From the NCBI GenBank assembly GCA_963745835.1, contig CAVUZH010000022.1, positions 1-64,000 on the forward strand: a DNA stretch of 64,000 bases, read 5' to 3'. Position numbers and translations under genes: made by a program. The notes beneath the pieces were generated by a model. That model made no database searches. It had not been told where the DNA came from and was given only the letters and a program-made list of their open reading frames with translations. Source of the DNA: an uncultured delta proteobacterium (GTDB lineage: Bacteria > Desulfobacterota > Binatia > UBA9968). Positions 23,298 through 34,167 of the stretch are shown one piece after another; position 1 is the stretch's first letter, and each line of letters opens with the position of its first letter.

Positions 23298-24141
23298 ATG
23301 AGCCAAAACGGTGCATCAGCTTCACTAATCAGTCGCCGCCAGGCGCTGATTCTGCTCGGGGTCGGTGGAGCAACAATGGTTGCCGGGCGCTCCCATGTTT
23401 ATTCCGCCTCGCCCGGGTCAAATGACAGCAAGCCGCCTGCCTGCGTGCTTACTCCAAAGCAAACCGAAGGTCCGTTCTTTCGTCGACGAGCGCCTGAAGC
23501 GCTCGGATATACGCGTGGACCCGTCAGATGGTAGTGTCAAGTCAGGCGTGCCGTTGCACTTGACATTGCGCGTTTCTGCAGTCGGGACCGCTGATTGCAA
23601 TCCTCTGTCCGGCGCGATCGTCGATATCTGGCAGTGTGACGCTGTCGGAGTTTACTCCGCAGTCAACGAGCCCGGATCGCAACGCACCGCGGCGAAAAGT
23701 TTTTTGCGCGGGTATCAAATTACCGAGACCGATGGCAGCACACAGTTCACGACGATCTACCCGGGATGGTATCCGGGCAGAACAGTACATATCCATTTCA
23801 AAGTTCGTGCTGGCGGCAAATCGGGAAGAGGACAGGAATTAACATCGCAGCTTTATTTCGATGATGCGTTTACGGATCGGATCCATGCGCAATCCCCATA
23901 TGCCGGCAAAGGGCCACGCACGGTCAGAAACCAACGCGATGGCCTGTTCCGCAACGGCGGCGGCCAATTACTGCTCTCACCGGTGCAAAGCGGTCAAGGT
24001 TACGCAGCCACTTTTGACATCGGCCTCCAGAATGGCATAAGCGCTGCGCTGGCTTCATTTAATTCAAGAGCCCGCGTCAGATCACCAGAACTTACCGATG
24101 CTTGCGCGATACCGTGGCTTCGATGCGACGTGCATGTCTGA
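23298..24141 (+). CDS. intradiol ring-cleavage dioxygenase-like protein with Tat signal, frameshift near 23478 (true stop probably near 24040)
   Basis: ISRRQAL signal; CVLTPKQTEGPF, VDIWQCDAVGVYS, FLRGYQITE, TIYPGWYPGRTVHIHFKV. Confidence 0.88.
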
Positions 24142-24307
24142 AGATAATTCGTTCCGATGTGACTGCGTGGCCGCCATTTAGTTCCAACAATTCTCTTGGC
24201 GTCGAAGGCCGTCCTCATCTAAACCGCGAGTTGCGCTCCGTTGTCTTGACAGCTCAAACCATGACGGATTAGTCTCCGCCAATAAGAATAATCAGGAGGT
24301 GATCGCG

Positions 24308-25162
24308 ATGGCTGAGTCATTGGAGAGTTTCAAAAGCTATATCGGTAAACGTGAGACTGCCACAGATGTGGTGACCGCTTCGGCGATGTTGAAGTTCGCC
24401 GCCACTTTGGGTCAGGAGAATCCGCCTCTGGAAAAAGGCGCGCCGATTCCGCCGGGATGGTACGGAGCCTTCTTTCCCGCTTCTCATCGTCCTTCACAGA
24501 TGCGCACCGACGGACAAGCCTCGGGCGGCGGCATCGTTCCGCCGATCCCCTTGCCGCGCCGGCGCATTGGCGGCACACGGGTCTCCTTTCAAGAACCGTT
24601 ACGGATCGGTGACGAAATTACCCGAGTCACTGAAATCGCCGACATCCGCATCGATGATGGGCCGAATGGCGCGATGGTTACTGTGATTGAACGCAACAGT
24701 ATCTCCAACAACCGCGGCCTCGCCGTTGTCGAAGAGCGTGATATGGTGATGCTCAGCGAGACCAGAGCAGAAGCCGCGCCTTCGGCTGTTCCTACAGTAC
24801 CTACGCAAGCGACTTGGCTGGAGATGATCGAGCCAAATCCACCTTTGCTGTTTCGCTTTTCGGCGATTCGGTTCAATTGTCATCGCATCCACTATGACCG
24901 CGATTATGTCACCAAGGTTGAAAAGCTTCCCGGCCTGGTGGTGCAAAGCTCTCTGGTCTCACAGCTGCTGATGGAGATGTGTCGCAAGGAGTTACCGGGG
25001 CGACAACTCAAATCCTTCGACTTCAAGAGCGCGCGACAGATTTACGATACCGGAAAGTTTACCATTGCCGGGACTCCGGCAAAGGATGGGCGTGAGGCGG
25101 AATTGTGGGCGTTAGACTCGGACGGTCGAGTCGCTATGACCGCCACTGCAAAGTTCGCATAG
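24308..25162 (+). CDS. MaoC/FAS1-type double hot-dog dehydratase (itaconyl-/mesaconyl-CoA hydratase-like)
   Basis: PPIPLPRRR, LFRFSAIRFNCHRIHYDRDY, PGLVVQ. Confidence 0.85.
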   Translation: MAESLESFKSYIGKRETATDVVTASAMLKFAATLGQENPPLEKGAPIPPGWYGAFFPASHRPSQMRTDGQASGGGIVPPIPLPRRRIGGTRVSFQEPLRIGDEITRVTEIADIRIDDGPNGAMVTVIERNSISNNRGLAVVEERDMVMLSETRAEAAPSAVPTVPTQATWLEMIEPNPPLLFRFSAIRFNCHRIHYDRDYVTKVEKLPGLVVQSSLVSQLLMEMCRKELPGRQLKSFDFKSARQIYDTGKFTIAGTPAKDGREAELWALDSDGRVAMTATAKFA

Positions 25163-25281
25163 TATCAAGCTGCAGCGCAAAGATCGCGCCGCGCTAGACT
25201 ATGCGCGGCAGAGCTTAATCAGTGATGAGGATTAATCATCCAAGAGCGCGATAAAGCAATCGTCGCAAACTGGTGAATCCA

Positions 25282-26361
25282 CTACCCCTGAGACGTTGAT
25301 TTATCATCATTGATGACGTCGATCATTTGCCGTAAGCGCGCGTAGTCTTCGCGATTGAAACGCATCAGGAGCCGGTGCAAGTGAAGCGTATTGGCGTCAT
25401 TGGTTTCGGCCGAGAGAGGCTCGGTCTGCCGGACTTCGCCGATGACGATATCCTTGAAATCGCGGTTGAGCCGATCGATCAGGTTGGCTGAAGGCGGGTG
25501 ATTCACGCGAATCACCAGCTCGTGCTTAACGAAGCGATAAGAATGAAAGTTGCGGTAGAATTTGGTGATTTCGTCAACCGCCGCCGCAGCGCTGGTGTGA
25601 ATTCGGAAGAAGGTCATCTCTCGCTCGTTGATATATCCGCGGCTCATCACGTCATCACGCAGAAAGTCAACCCAACGCGACCAGTAGGTGCCATCGGGTA
25701 AATCCATCAAGATGATCGGCACGAGCTGAGTTTTGCCGGTTTGTGCCAGGGTGATCGATTCCAAAAGCTCGTCATGCGTGCCAAAGCCACCGGGAAAGAT
25801 CACAACGGCGTCGGCTTCTTTAACGAACATGAGCTTGCGCGTGAAGAAAAAATGAAAATTCATAAGCTTTGGATCATTGCGGATGAAGGGGTTGGCATCT
25901 TGAACCGAAGGTAGCCGGATATTGACGCCAAAGCTCTTTTCTCGGCCGGCTCCCTGGTGGCCGGCTTGCATGATGCCCGGGCCGGCGCCGGTGATCACCA
26001 TGAAATCCGCTAGCGCCAGCTCTTCACCGATTTGACGCGCCAGATCATAATAGGGGTCGCTTTCCTGCACCCGTGTCGAACCAAAAATGCTGACCTTACG
26101 CATGTGCCGGTAAGGCGCGAAAATTCTAAAGGCGTGACGCAGCTCCTGCAGTGTTCGGTTTAAGATCTTCAGATCTCCGCGTTCGGCGTCGTCCTGCGCA
26201 AGTTTCAGCAAGGTGCGCAGTATCCCTGCGAACTGATCTGCGTTGACATAGTCGCTGTGGCTGCGCAGCCACTCGTCCAACTGCCACCCGAGATCCGCGA
26301 TCGGTTTATTTTTTTGCTCCAATTGTGCCACCTTCAAATCGTTCACGTTGTTCTTCTCCAT
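25282..26361 (-). CDS. LOG family / Rossmann-fold nucleotide-binding protein (TIGR00730-like)
   Basis: KVSIFGS, ITGAGPGIMQA, FFFTRKLMFVKE, PGGFGTHDE. Confidence 0.92.
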   Translation of the reverse strand: MEKNNVNDLKVAQLEQKNKPIADLGWQLDEWLRSHSDYVNADQFAGILRTLLKLAQDDAERGDLKILNRTLQELRHAFRIFAPYRHMRKVSIFGSTRVQESDPYYDLARQIGEELALADFMVITGAGPGIMQAGHQGAGREKSFGVNIRLPSVQDANPFIRNDPKLMNFHFFFTRKLMFVKEADAVVIFPGGFGTHDELLESITLAQTGKTQLVPIILMDLPDGTYWSRWVDFLRDDVMSRGYINEREMTFFRIHTSAAAAVDEITKFYRNFHSYRFVKHELVIRVNHPPSANLIDRLNRDFKDIVIGEVRQTEPLSAETNDANTLHLHRLLMRFNREDYARLRQMIDVINDDKSTSQG

Positions 26362-26603
26362 GCTTCGGCCAGACCTACGCAGAGCCTCCAGCGCCTGCAT
26401 AAAGACATTATAAACAACAGAGTGCGTATCGGATAGTGAAAGGAAGTTCTACGCAACGCAGTATCCTACCGCGACAGCCTCATTGCGATCCTGAGAAGGA
26501 TCATTCTTGCAGGAGTGCGGGAACCCGTTGCTAGCGTTCACAAAGTAAGAGAGCCGCAACGCTCGCTCCGGGAGTCCGAGATCCGATGGGAATGAGCTTC
26601 GAC

Positions 26604-26639
26604 TATTGGAACCATTGGAACGGTTGGAACGTTTGGAAC
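26604..26639. repeat. 9-bp tandem repeat (NNTTGGAAC x4)
   Basis: tattggaac cattggaac ggttggaac gtttggaac; reverse complement of the 57218 unit. Confidence 0.8.
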
Positions 26640-26826
26640 CAAATCGAAACGCCGATGTGTAACCCAACCGCGCAAGACACTTCCAATTCGTGAAACATTG
26701 ATCGCGGCAAAGCAGGTGAAATCACATTCCCTCGACAACGATCCAGGCGAATTCGTTAGAAACCGAAAAAGACGTTGACAAGACCGCTATTTTCCCGATA
26801 TTCAGCCGGACCTGGAGGACTACGTT

Positions 26827-27846
26827 ATGCACGTCAGGCTTTGGCAATGTTTAACCGCGATGCTTCTCTTCCTTCCTGGCTCGCTTTGGGCCGATGACTT
26901 TTATAAAGGCAAGTCCATTCGTGTCATCGTCGGCGGTAGCGCCGGCGGCGGCTTCGATATTTACACCCGGGCGATGGCGCGGCACATGGGTAAACACATT
27001 CCCGGCAATCCTTCATTGGTCGTTGAGAACATGACCGGCGCGGGAACCTTCATCGCCGCCAAATATATTCACAGCAGCGCCAAGCCTGACGGGCTCACTT
27101 TCGGCATTTTCAACGGCGCCTTGATCTTGGGACGCGTCCTGGGGATGAAGGGCGTCGATATCGACATGAGAGAACTCGAATATCTCGGTGTGCCGGTGCA
27201 GGACAGCACGGTTTGCGCGTTGCGTAAGGAGAGCGGAATTACCAATGTCGATCAATGGTTTGCCTCAAAGACCCCGATGAAGCTAGGCGGCTTAAGTCCG
27301 GGCAACAGCACCAGCGACGTGGCGCGCATGATCGGCGGGACTCTGGGGCTGCCGATACAATTGGTCGAGGGCTACAAAGGAACCAACGAAATTCGTTTGG
27401 CGGCAGACGCCGGCGAGTTGCACGGCGCTTGTTGGGCCTGGGAAACACTGAAGGTCGCCTGGCAAAACGCAATTCCAGCGGGAGACGTCAACATTGTCCT
27501 CCAGGTCACCGCGAAAAAACTGCCGGATCTGCCAAATGTTCCCATGGCGCTCGATTTGGCAAAGACCGATGAAGCACGGCTGTTGCTCAAAGCCGGCGCC
27601 ATCGATCCAGCGGCGATCGTCCGTGTCTACGTCACCACACCGCGGATCCCGAAAGACCGTCTGGAGATACTTCGCAAAGCTTTCGCGGCCACACTGACAG
27701 ATCCGGAATTCGTCGCCGAAGCTAAAAAAGGCAATCTCGACATCAACCCGCTCAGTGGCGAAGAGGTGAAGAAGACGGTTGACGGCTTGTTCAAGCTTAA
27801 TCCCACCATAGTTTCCAAGCTTGCTAATATTCTTGCCGTCAAATGA
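26827..27846 (+). CDS. Bug/TctC tripartite tricarboxylate transporter substrate-binding protein
   Basis: FYKGKSIRVIVG..AGGGFDIYTR..ARHMGKHIPGNP.LVVENMTGAG, KPDGLT, GYKGT. Confidence 0.92.
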   Translation: MHVRLWQCLTAMLLFLPGSLWADDFYKGKSIRVIVGGSAGGGFDIYTRAMARHMGKHIPGNPSLVVENMTGAGTFIAAKYIHSSAKPDGLTFGIFNGALILGRVLGMKGVDIDMRELEYLGVPVQDSTVCALRKESGITNVDQWFASKTPMKLGGLSPGNSTSDVARMIGGTLGLPIQLVEGYKGTNEIRLAADAGELHGACWAWETLKVAWQNAIPAGDVNIVLQVTAKKLPDLPNVPMALDLAKTDEARLLLKAGAIDPAAIVRVYVTTPRIPKDRLEILRKAFAATLTDPEFVAEAKKGNLDINPLSGEEVKKTVDGLFKLNPTIVSKLANILAVK

Positions 27847-27882
27847 CCGAGAAAAAAATGTTGTGAACGGAGAGCCGAGAGA

Positions 27883-28902
27883 ATGGTGAAAATTCGACGA
27901 TCGATATCGCTAGGGTTCATGCTGCTGATGTCGCTGTTATTCGCAGGCCAAATCGTTTACAGCGCGCAAAGTTCCGACCTGAAACCCGAAAAGAATCCGC
28001 TTGAAGTAGCCATCGCCGCCACCGGGCCGCTCTATCTGCCGGTTCTACTGGCCAACGAGGCGGGTTACTTCAGCAAACGCGGCTTGACGGTCAACATCAG
28101 CACGTTGAGCGCCACTGCATCGGCGCAGGCACTCCTCTCCGGCCAGGTCGATATATACCAAGGCGGCACCGCCACGATCCACGCCAACGTCGGCGGCGCG
28201 GACTTGATCTACATTGCCGCATCGGTCGATCGCAGCACGCTCATGTTGTTCGGCCAGAAGGGTCTGACGTCGTTTGAAAATCTCCGCGGCAAATCGGTGG
28301 CGACCACTTCGGTCGGAGCTTTCGGCGAGATTGCCATGCGCAAGACCGCCAAAGAGCACGGCATGGAAATCGGCAAAGACATAAAGCTTCTCTACCACAA
28401 GGGACCGCCGGACGCGCTCTCGACTTTTCTCCTGGGCAACGCCGAGGGCGTCATCATCACCCCGCCGCAAACCGAGATGGCTCGCGGCAAAGGCTTTCCG
28501 GTGATCATCGATTTCTATGAAAAGGGTCTTAAGATCATCGGTCCCGGCACCGGAGTAGCGCGAGCTTTTGTAAAAAAACATCCAAACACTTTAAAAATTT
28601 TTTTGATGGGATATTTGGATGGCATCAAGCGGAGCCTCGATGATCCGGGGTACGCGCAGAAAATTCTCAGCCAAACCAGCAAAATCACCGACCCCAAACT
28701 TCTCGAGGACAGCTATAAGGAAGGCGTCAAGGTGTGGAACAAGGATATGACCGTCGATCCACAGGCGATCAAGCTCGTGCTCGAACAATCGACCCTGCCG
28801 AAAGTCGCCGAGCTCGATCCCAACCGCTTCTTCGACAACACTCTGATCCGCGAGGTCAACCGCGACTACGCTTCCAAGCTATTTCCCGGCGAAGTGAAGT
28901 GA
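27883..28902 (+). CDS. ABC substrate-binding protein (NMT1/SsuA/THI5-like)
   Basis: Signal peptide; LANEAGYFSKRGL, QALLSGQVD, LRGKSVA. Confidence 0.88.
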   Translation: MVKIRRSISLGFMLLMSLLFAGQIVYSAQSSDLKPEKNPLEVAIAATGPLYLPVLLANEAGYFSKRGLTVNISTLSATASAQALLSGQVDIYQGGTATIHANVGGADLIYIAASVDRSTLMLFGQKGLTSFENLRGKSVATTSVGAFGEIAMRKTAKEHGMEIGKDIKLLYHKGPPDALSTFLLGNAEGVIITPPQTEMARGKGFPVIIDFYEKGLKIIGPGTGVARAFVKKHPNTLKIFLMGYLDGIKRSLDDPGYAQKILSQTSKITDPKLLEDSYKEGVKVWNKDMTVDPQAIKLVLEQSTLPKVAELDPNRFFDNTLIREVNRDYASKLFPGEVK

Positions 28903-29141
28903 TGACGTTCTTGTCCCGGACACTGCGGCTTCTAGCGCCTGCGTTGCTCCAACTCGCGACCGAGACGGGAACAGAGAGGTCGATCATTACCAAACTCATT
29001 GTCGTTGCTCTAACAGCTGCTTCAGGAAAGCGCGGAAGCGAATTGTTAAGCGCGCGCAAGCATGCGTGAACGGTTGACAGGGTCGCCCTTATATGTGTCA
29101 GTAAAATTCGATCTCCGCATCAGCGGCCAGTCTCCGTAACG

Positions 29142-29696
29142 TCAGGAACCGTACTTGTCACCGATGAAGTTACGCAAGTGCCGGCCCCCACGCATGTTCT
29201 GAAAGTTAAAGATAGCGTTTTTGACAGGCTTCAGTTTGATACGCTTCCCGGACCTTTTTAAGCCTCGAGCACGATCCTCCGGATGATGCGCAGTATCTCT
29301 TAAGGAAGTCAGCGATGGCAGTGCGTCACGTAAAATTTTTTGCTGGTGGCGCACAGTATCTGGAAACGATGGATTTTTGGACATTACCGCCAGCACCTTC
29401 CCGATGGTATCCAGGGCATAAAGGAAGCTTTGCGCATGGAGGAAGGGCAAGTGTTGTTCGAGGTAAGCCGGCATTCTTTGCGCACCACACGTAGAACAGG
29501 CTCCCCTTGTGCCACCCTCAGTCCGCCGATGAGCGACTGCCAATCTTCCCCGAGCGGACTGGTAGAGATTACGGGATGCAACCGCGTCTAAGAACGCGTG
29601 CTCGATCAACGTCATAAGTGGCTGCGCCTCTCGAGATGCGGCTTTGTCGGTCAGGTTTAAGAAATGACCAGGAAAGCTAAGGCAGAGAAAATTCAT
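29142..29696 (-). CDS. hypothetical protein, possible HEPN-domain remnant
   Basis: Helical sequence with FLYALD and LRDTAHH (Rx4H). Isolated on the opposite strand to its neighbours; ends look truncated. Confidence 0.45.
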   Translation of the reverse strand: MNFLCLSFPGHFLNLTDKAASREAQPLMTLIEHAFLDAVASRNLYQSARGRLAVAHRRTEGGTRGACSTCGAQRMPAYLEQHLPFLHAQSFLYALDTIGKVLAVMSKNPSFPDTVRHQQKILRDALPSLTSLRDTAHHPEDRARGLKRSGKRIKLKPVKNAIFNFQNMRGGRHLRNFIGDKYGS

Positions 29697-29926
29697 CGCC
29701 TACATTCCTACGCTTTTCAGACATGTGTCAATCAAAAACATTTATCACGTCACGAGCCGCATAAAACCTTTGTTGTCTTTCCTTCGAGCCAGGCACCTCA
29801 TTTCGTGTACCGGCGTTTTACAACCCTATAATTAGTTTGATCTTGACTTCTCTTGAGAAGGCGCGCGCTTTTCTGTAGGGATGACGCTGAAGATTCAGCT
29901 TTCACGTCAGAAGGAGTAGAGGTCTC

Positions 29927-31009
29927 ATGCGCATCATCGACGCGGACGGGCACGTGCTTGAGAGAGATATTCCATGGGCGGATTTGCTCGAAGAACCTTA
30001 TCGCTCCCGCGCGCCGAGGGCGGTGAAAGACAATCGTGGTTTCAACTTCGTCATGATCGACGGCAAGCTCACGCCCAAACCGGTGGGCAAGGCGTGCAGT
30101 TTTGTCGGCGCGCCGCGCAGTCATCATCCACAGCCTACAACCGGGATGGTCGATCCCAAACAGCGCCTTACAGATATGAATCTGGAAGGCATCGATACCG
30201 CCGTGCTGTTCGGCACTTCTCCTTTTTTGAGCCTCCCTTTCGTCGAGGACAAGGATCTGGCTTGCGCCGTGGCGCGGGTTTACAACAACTGGCTGGCTAA
30301 TTATTGCAAGGCCGATCCGCGGCGCCTAAAGGGGGTCGCTCTAACGGCAATCCAAGATCCGGTCGAAGCCGTAAAAGAATTACGGCGCGCCGTGGAGGAA
30401 CTGAAATTCGTAGCTGTGGCGACACCGCCGATCTCAGCGTCGGGAAAAAATTTGGACCATCCCGATCTGTATCCTTTCTTTGCCGAAGCGCAGCGGCTCG
30501 AAGTGCCGGTGTGTATTCATGTCGGCGCTGGAGACGGCGTGCCCGCCGGCACCGAACGATTCGATCATCCGCTGTACACTCACGCTTTGGCGCACCCGTT
30601 CGAACAGATGATTGCCGCGCTCTGCGTCGTCGCCGGCGGGTTGCTGGAAAAGTTTCCGAAACTGAAGTTTGCCTTTATGGAAGCGGGTTGCGGTTGGGTG
30701 CCGTATTGGATGGAGCGCCTCGATGAGCACTACGAGATCTTGCAGCCGACGGTGCCTTGGCTCACCAAACCGCCTAGCGAATACATGCGCAGCGGCCAAA
30801 TGTTCTATGCCTTCGAGATGGACGAGAAGATGCTGCCCTATGTCGCGGAATTCGTCGGCGCCGATCGGCTAGTCTTTGCTACCGACTATAATCATAGCGA
30901 TTCCAAGTTTCCGCACACGGTAGAAGAAGTCATGGAGCGCACGGATATATCGGAAAGCTTGAAGGCAAAAATTATGGGTGAAAACGCCGCCAAACTCTAC
31001 AACTTGTAA
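29927..31009 (+). CDS. amidohydrolase family 2 protein
   Basis: IDADGHVLE, DMNLEGIDTAVLF, CIHVG, MEAGCGWVPYWMERLD, ATDYNHSD. Confidence 0.92.
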   Translation: MRIIDADGHVLERDIPWADLLEEPYRSRAPRAVKDNRGFNFVMIDGKLTPKPVGKACSFVGAPRSHHPQPTTGMVDPKQRLTDMNLEGIDTAVLFGTSPFLSLPFVEDKDLACAVARVYNNWLANYCKADPRRLKGVALTAIQDPVEAVKELRRAVEELKFVAVATPPISASGKNLDHPDLYPFFAEAQRLEVPVCIHVGAGDGVPAGTERFDHPLYTHALAHPFEQMIAALCVVAGGLLEKFPKLKFAFMEAGCGWVPYWMERLDEHYEILQPTVPWLTKPPSEYMRSGQMFYAFEMDEKMLPYVAEFVGADRLVFATDYNHSDSKFPHTVEEVMERTDISESLKAKIMGENAAKLYNL

Positions 31010-31031
31010 GCCGTCTAAGACTCCAACTTTC

Positions 31032-32654
31032 TCAATGAAGGATCTGTTTGAAGAAATCGTTGCCCTTGTCGTCGACCAGGATAAAAGCCGGGAAGTCTTC
31101 GACTTCGATCTTCCAAACCGCTTCCATTCCCAGCTCCGGATATTCAAGCACTTCGACTTTCTTGATGTTTTCCTTGGCGAGAATCGCCGCCGGCCCGCCG
31201 ATGGAGCCGAGATAAAAGCCGCCATACTTTTTGCAGGCATCGGTAACCTGCTGGCTGCGGTTGCCCTTGGCAAGCATGATCATCGATCCGCCGTGCGACT
31301 GAAATAGGTCGACATAGGAATCCATGCGACCCGCTGTGGTCGGACCGAAAGAGCCCGACGGCATCCCTTCGGGAGTCTTGGCCGGTCCCGCGTAATAAAC
31401 CGGATGATCTTTTAAATATTGCGGCAACCCTTCGCCTCTGTCCAGCCTTTCTTTGATTTTAGCGTGAGCGATATCCCGGGCAACGATCATTGTGCCGGTA
31501 AGTGCAAGCTGGGTCGTTACGTTATGCTTCGAGAGCTGCGCCAAGATTTCCTTCATCGGGCGGTTGAGATCGACTCGCACCACATTGCTGACAACCTTGC
31601 CGCGATACTCTTCCGGAATGAGCCGGCCCGGGTCGCGCTCCAATTCTTCAAGCCAGATCCCGTCGCGGTTGATCTTCGCCTTAACATTGCGGTCGGCGGA
31701 ACACGAAACGCCCATACCCACCGGACAGGACGCGCCATGGCGAGGCAACCGGATAATCCGCACGTCCAGTGCGAAATACTTGCCGCCGAACTGCGCGCCA
31801 TAACCTGATTTATACGCGGCCTGCAACAGCTTCTCCTCGGTCTCGACATCGCGGAATGCGCGTCCGTGAGCATTCCCGGTGGTCGGCAGATGATCGAGAT
31901 ACCCGGTGGTGGCAAGTTTAACGGTTTTGAGACATGCTTCGGCCGAGGTTCCGCCGATGACGAACGCCAGGTGATATGGCGGGCACCCGGCGGTCCCCAG
32001 CGTTACCATTTTTTCCGTCAGAAATTTTTCCAAGCTCCCCGGATTTAGTAGAGCCTTGGTTTCCTGGTACAGCGAAGTTTTGTTCGCCGATCCGCCGCCC
32101 TTGGTGACGAATAGGAACTGATACTCCATGCCGTCAGTGGCCATAAGATCGATTTGCGCCGGCAAATTGGTGCCGGTATCGACCTCGTCGTACATGTTTA
32201 ACGGCGCGGTTTGGGAGTAACGCAGATTTTCTTCGGTGTAAGTTTTGTGGATTCCTTTGGCCAGGTATTCTTCGTCCTTAACACCGGTCCAAACCTGCTG
32301 GCCTTTTTTACCGACGATCGTGGCCGTGCCGGTGTCCTGGCAAAACGGCAGAATCCCCTTTGCCGCCGTGTCGGCGTTGCGCAGCATCGCCAACGCTACA
32401 TAGCGATCGTTGTCGGAGGCTGCTGGGTCCTTAAGGATAGCCGCAACCTTTTCAAGATGAGCGGTTCGCAACAAGAAAGACACATCGCGAATGGCGATGT
32501 TCGAGAGATAAGTCAGCGCTTCGGGTGCAACCTTTAGAATCTCTTTGCCCTCGAACTGAGTGATAGAAACGTGTTCCTTGGTTAGCAAGCGATATTTGGT
32601 CGTGTCTTTCTGTATCGGGAGCGGATCTTGGTAGACAAATTCAGGAGCAGCCAT
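31032..32654 (-). CDS. fumA: fumarate hydratase class I (Fe-S)
   Basis: [64 protein letters not shown]. Confidence 0.97.
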   Translation of the reverse strand: MAAPEFVYQDPLPIQKDTTKYRLLTKEHVSITQFEGKEILKVAPEALTYLSNIAIRDVSFLLRTAHLEKVAAILKDPAASDNDRYVALAMLRNADTAAKGILPFCQDTGTATIVGKKGQQVWTGVKDEEYLAKGIHKTYTEENLRYSQTAPLNMYDEVDTGTNLPAQIDLMATDGMEYQFLFVTKGGGSANKTSLYQETKALLNPGSLEKFLTEKMVTLGTAGCPPYHLAFVIGGTSAEACLKTVKLATTGYLDHLPTTGNAHGRAFRDVETEEKLLQAAYKSGYGAQFGGKYFALDVRIIRLPRHGASCPVGMGVSCSADRNVKAKINRDGIWLEELERDPGRLIPEEYRGKVVSNVVRVDLNRPMKEILAQLSKHNVTTQLALTGTMIVARDIAHAKIKERLDRGEGLPQYLKDHPVYYAGPAKTPEGMPSGSFGPTTAGRMDSYVDLFQSHGGSMIMLAKGNRSQQVTDACKKYGGFYLGSIGGPAAILAKENIKKVEVLEYPELGMEAVWKIEVEDFPAFILVDDKGNDFFKQILH

Positions 32655-32901
32655 ATTCGTACCTCATTGTGAAATATTAGCGAAAAAGTACCTGCTTGTC
32701 GACGTACCGCGATCGAGCGATTTCGGCTGTTTAGCAGTGATGGTTGCGTAAAATTCGCGCGCGAATTCGCAGTATTTACGCCGGCGACAAACAAGTTCTT
32801 CTCGAGTCGAAGTGACAGCAAAAAACATTCGCGTTGCTTCGGTCATAGACCGTTGACATATCAACGCCTGCTCGACTACTTTCTTTGATAATGGAGGGCG
32901 C

Positions 32902-33894
32902 ATGAGAAGAGGATTCCTATCGCTTCTTTTTACTACGTTCTGTGTTGCGATCACGCAGCCTGCCTTGGCGCAAACGTATGAGCAGCTCATTGCCGGCGCT
33001 AAAAAGGAAGGCAGACTTATCCTCTATGCTTCGGCCACCGCGCCGCAGCTACAGATGTATTTTGCCGCATTCAATAAAAAGTATCCCTTTATCAAGACGG
33101 AATTCTTTCGCACCGGCAAACAAGCGCTGTTGAGTAAGGTCCTCCTCGAAGAGCAAGCCAAACAACGAATAGCCGACGTCATCCACACCAGCGTCATCGA
33201 AACCAGTATCATGAAAAAGCGCGGGGCACTGAGCAAGTATGTTCCGCTCGAGGCCGCCGCTTACCCGGCGCAGTACAAGGATCCGGAAGGCCTTTGGACA
33301 TCTGCCTACGCCAGCGGTACCCTTCTCGGATTTAATTCCCGCCAAGTTAAACGGCCCGAGGCGCCCAAGAACTACGAAGATCTACTGAATCCGCGCTGGA
33401 AAGGCGCCATCGCCATCGATTCCAACAAGATCGAGTGGTTCGCCATGCTGTTAAAGCTCAAAGGCCAAGCCTTCATGGAGAAACTTGCCGCCCAGCAGCC
33501 CACCGTCCGCTCCGGCAACACCTTGGTCTTGCAGCTATTGGCTGCGGGCGAGTTTCCAATTTCTGCCGGCGTGTACGAATATTCGGTGGAGGACCTGAAG
33601 ACCAGAGGAGCGCCGGTGGATTGGATCGGCTTGGAACCGGTCATCACTTATACGGTTGCCGTCTCGCTTCCGTCGCAACCTCCTCATCCGCATTCCGCGA
33701 AACTTTTTACCGAATGGCTGTTGTCAAAGGAAGGCCAAGAGGTCGTCAACCAGTATGGCCGGGTGCCGATTCGCGATGACGTGGACTCTAAGTACGGCAA
33801 GATTCTCAAACAACACAAACTGCTGATGACCGACGTCGATCTAGGCCAGAAAGAAGCCGAAGTCAACGCCACATTTCGAAAACTATTCCAGTGA
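32902..33894 (+). CDS. ABC substrate-binding protein (AfuA/iron-thiamine type)
   Basis: GAKKEGRLILY, PKNYEDLLNPRWKG, PHPHSAKLFTEWLLSKEGQ; paralog of 11102..12169. Confidence 0.9.
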   Translation: MRRGFLSLLFTTFCVAITQPALAQTYEQLIAGAKKEGRLILYASATAPQLQMYFAAFNKKYPFIKTEFFRTGKQALLSKVLLEEQAKQRIADVIHTSVIETSIMKKRGALSKYVPLEAAAYPAQYKDPEGLWTSAYASGTLLGFNSRQVKRPEAPKNYEDLLNPRWKGAIAIDSNKIEWFAMLLKLKGQAFMEKLAAQQPTVRSGNTLVLQLLAAGEFPISAGVYEYSVEDLKTRGAPVDWIGLEPVITYTVAVSLPSQPPHPHSAKLFTEWLLSKEGQEVVNQYGRVPIRDDVDSKYGKILKQHKLLMTDVDLGQKEAEVNATFRKLFQ

Positions 33895-33906
33895 GAACCG
33901 ATTGAA

Positions 33907-34123
33907 TTAACCTAATCCGACAATCTTTGACCTTGTCAGCAGCGAGCGAGGATGGCGAGACCGGAGCCGTGGGCAGTCGAGTACGCAGTTGGCTCTAAGG
34001 CCCCGACGTACCAAACATCACCTTTAGGGGAATGCGGGGTGGCCTTTAAGGCACTGTCCGATTGCCCACGGCTATAGGGCTCGCTGGCCTCGCGGGATTC
34101 GAATAATGTCGGATTAGGGTTAA
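33907..34123. mobile_element. ~215-bp palindromic MITE-like element bounded by TTAA
   Basis: TTAA-CCTAATCCGACA...TGTCGGATTAGG-G-TTAA; internal arms AGCCGTGGGCAGTCG / CGATTGCCCACGGCT. Confidence 0.6.
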
Positions 34124-34167
34124 CTCTCAGTCGATAAACTTTCGCCGATTCAAAAAAGAAACTTTTT

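Noticed and set aside
26420-26600. Possible ncRNA in the divergent intergenic region
   Set aside because: Only a tiny hairpin (GATCCT/AGGATC); no recognisable 6S, SRP, tmRNA or riboswitch motif.
33907-34123. Moco/Wco riboswitch upstream of the molybdoenzyme
   Set aside because: I could not find the expected conserved core, and terminal inverted repeats with TTAA point to an inserted element.
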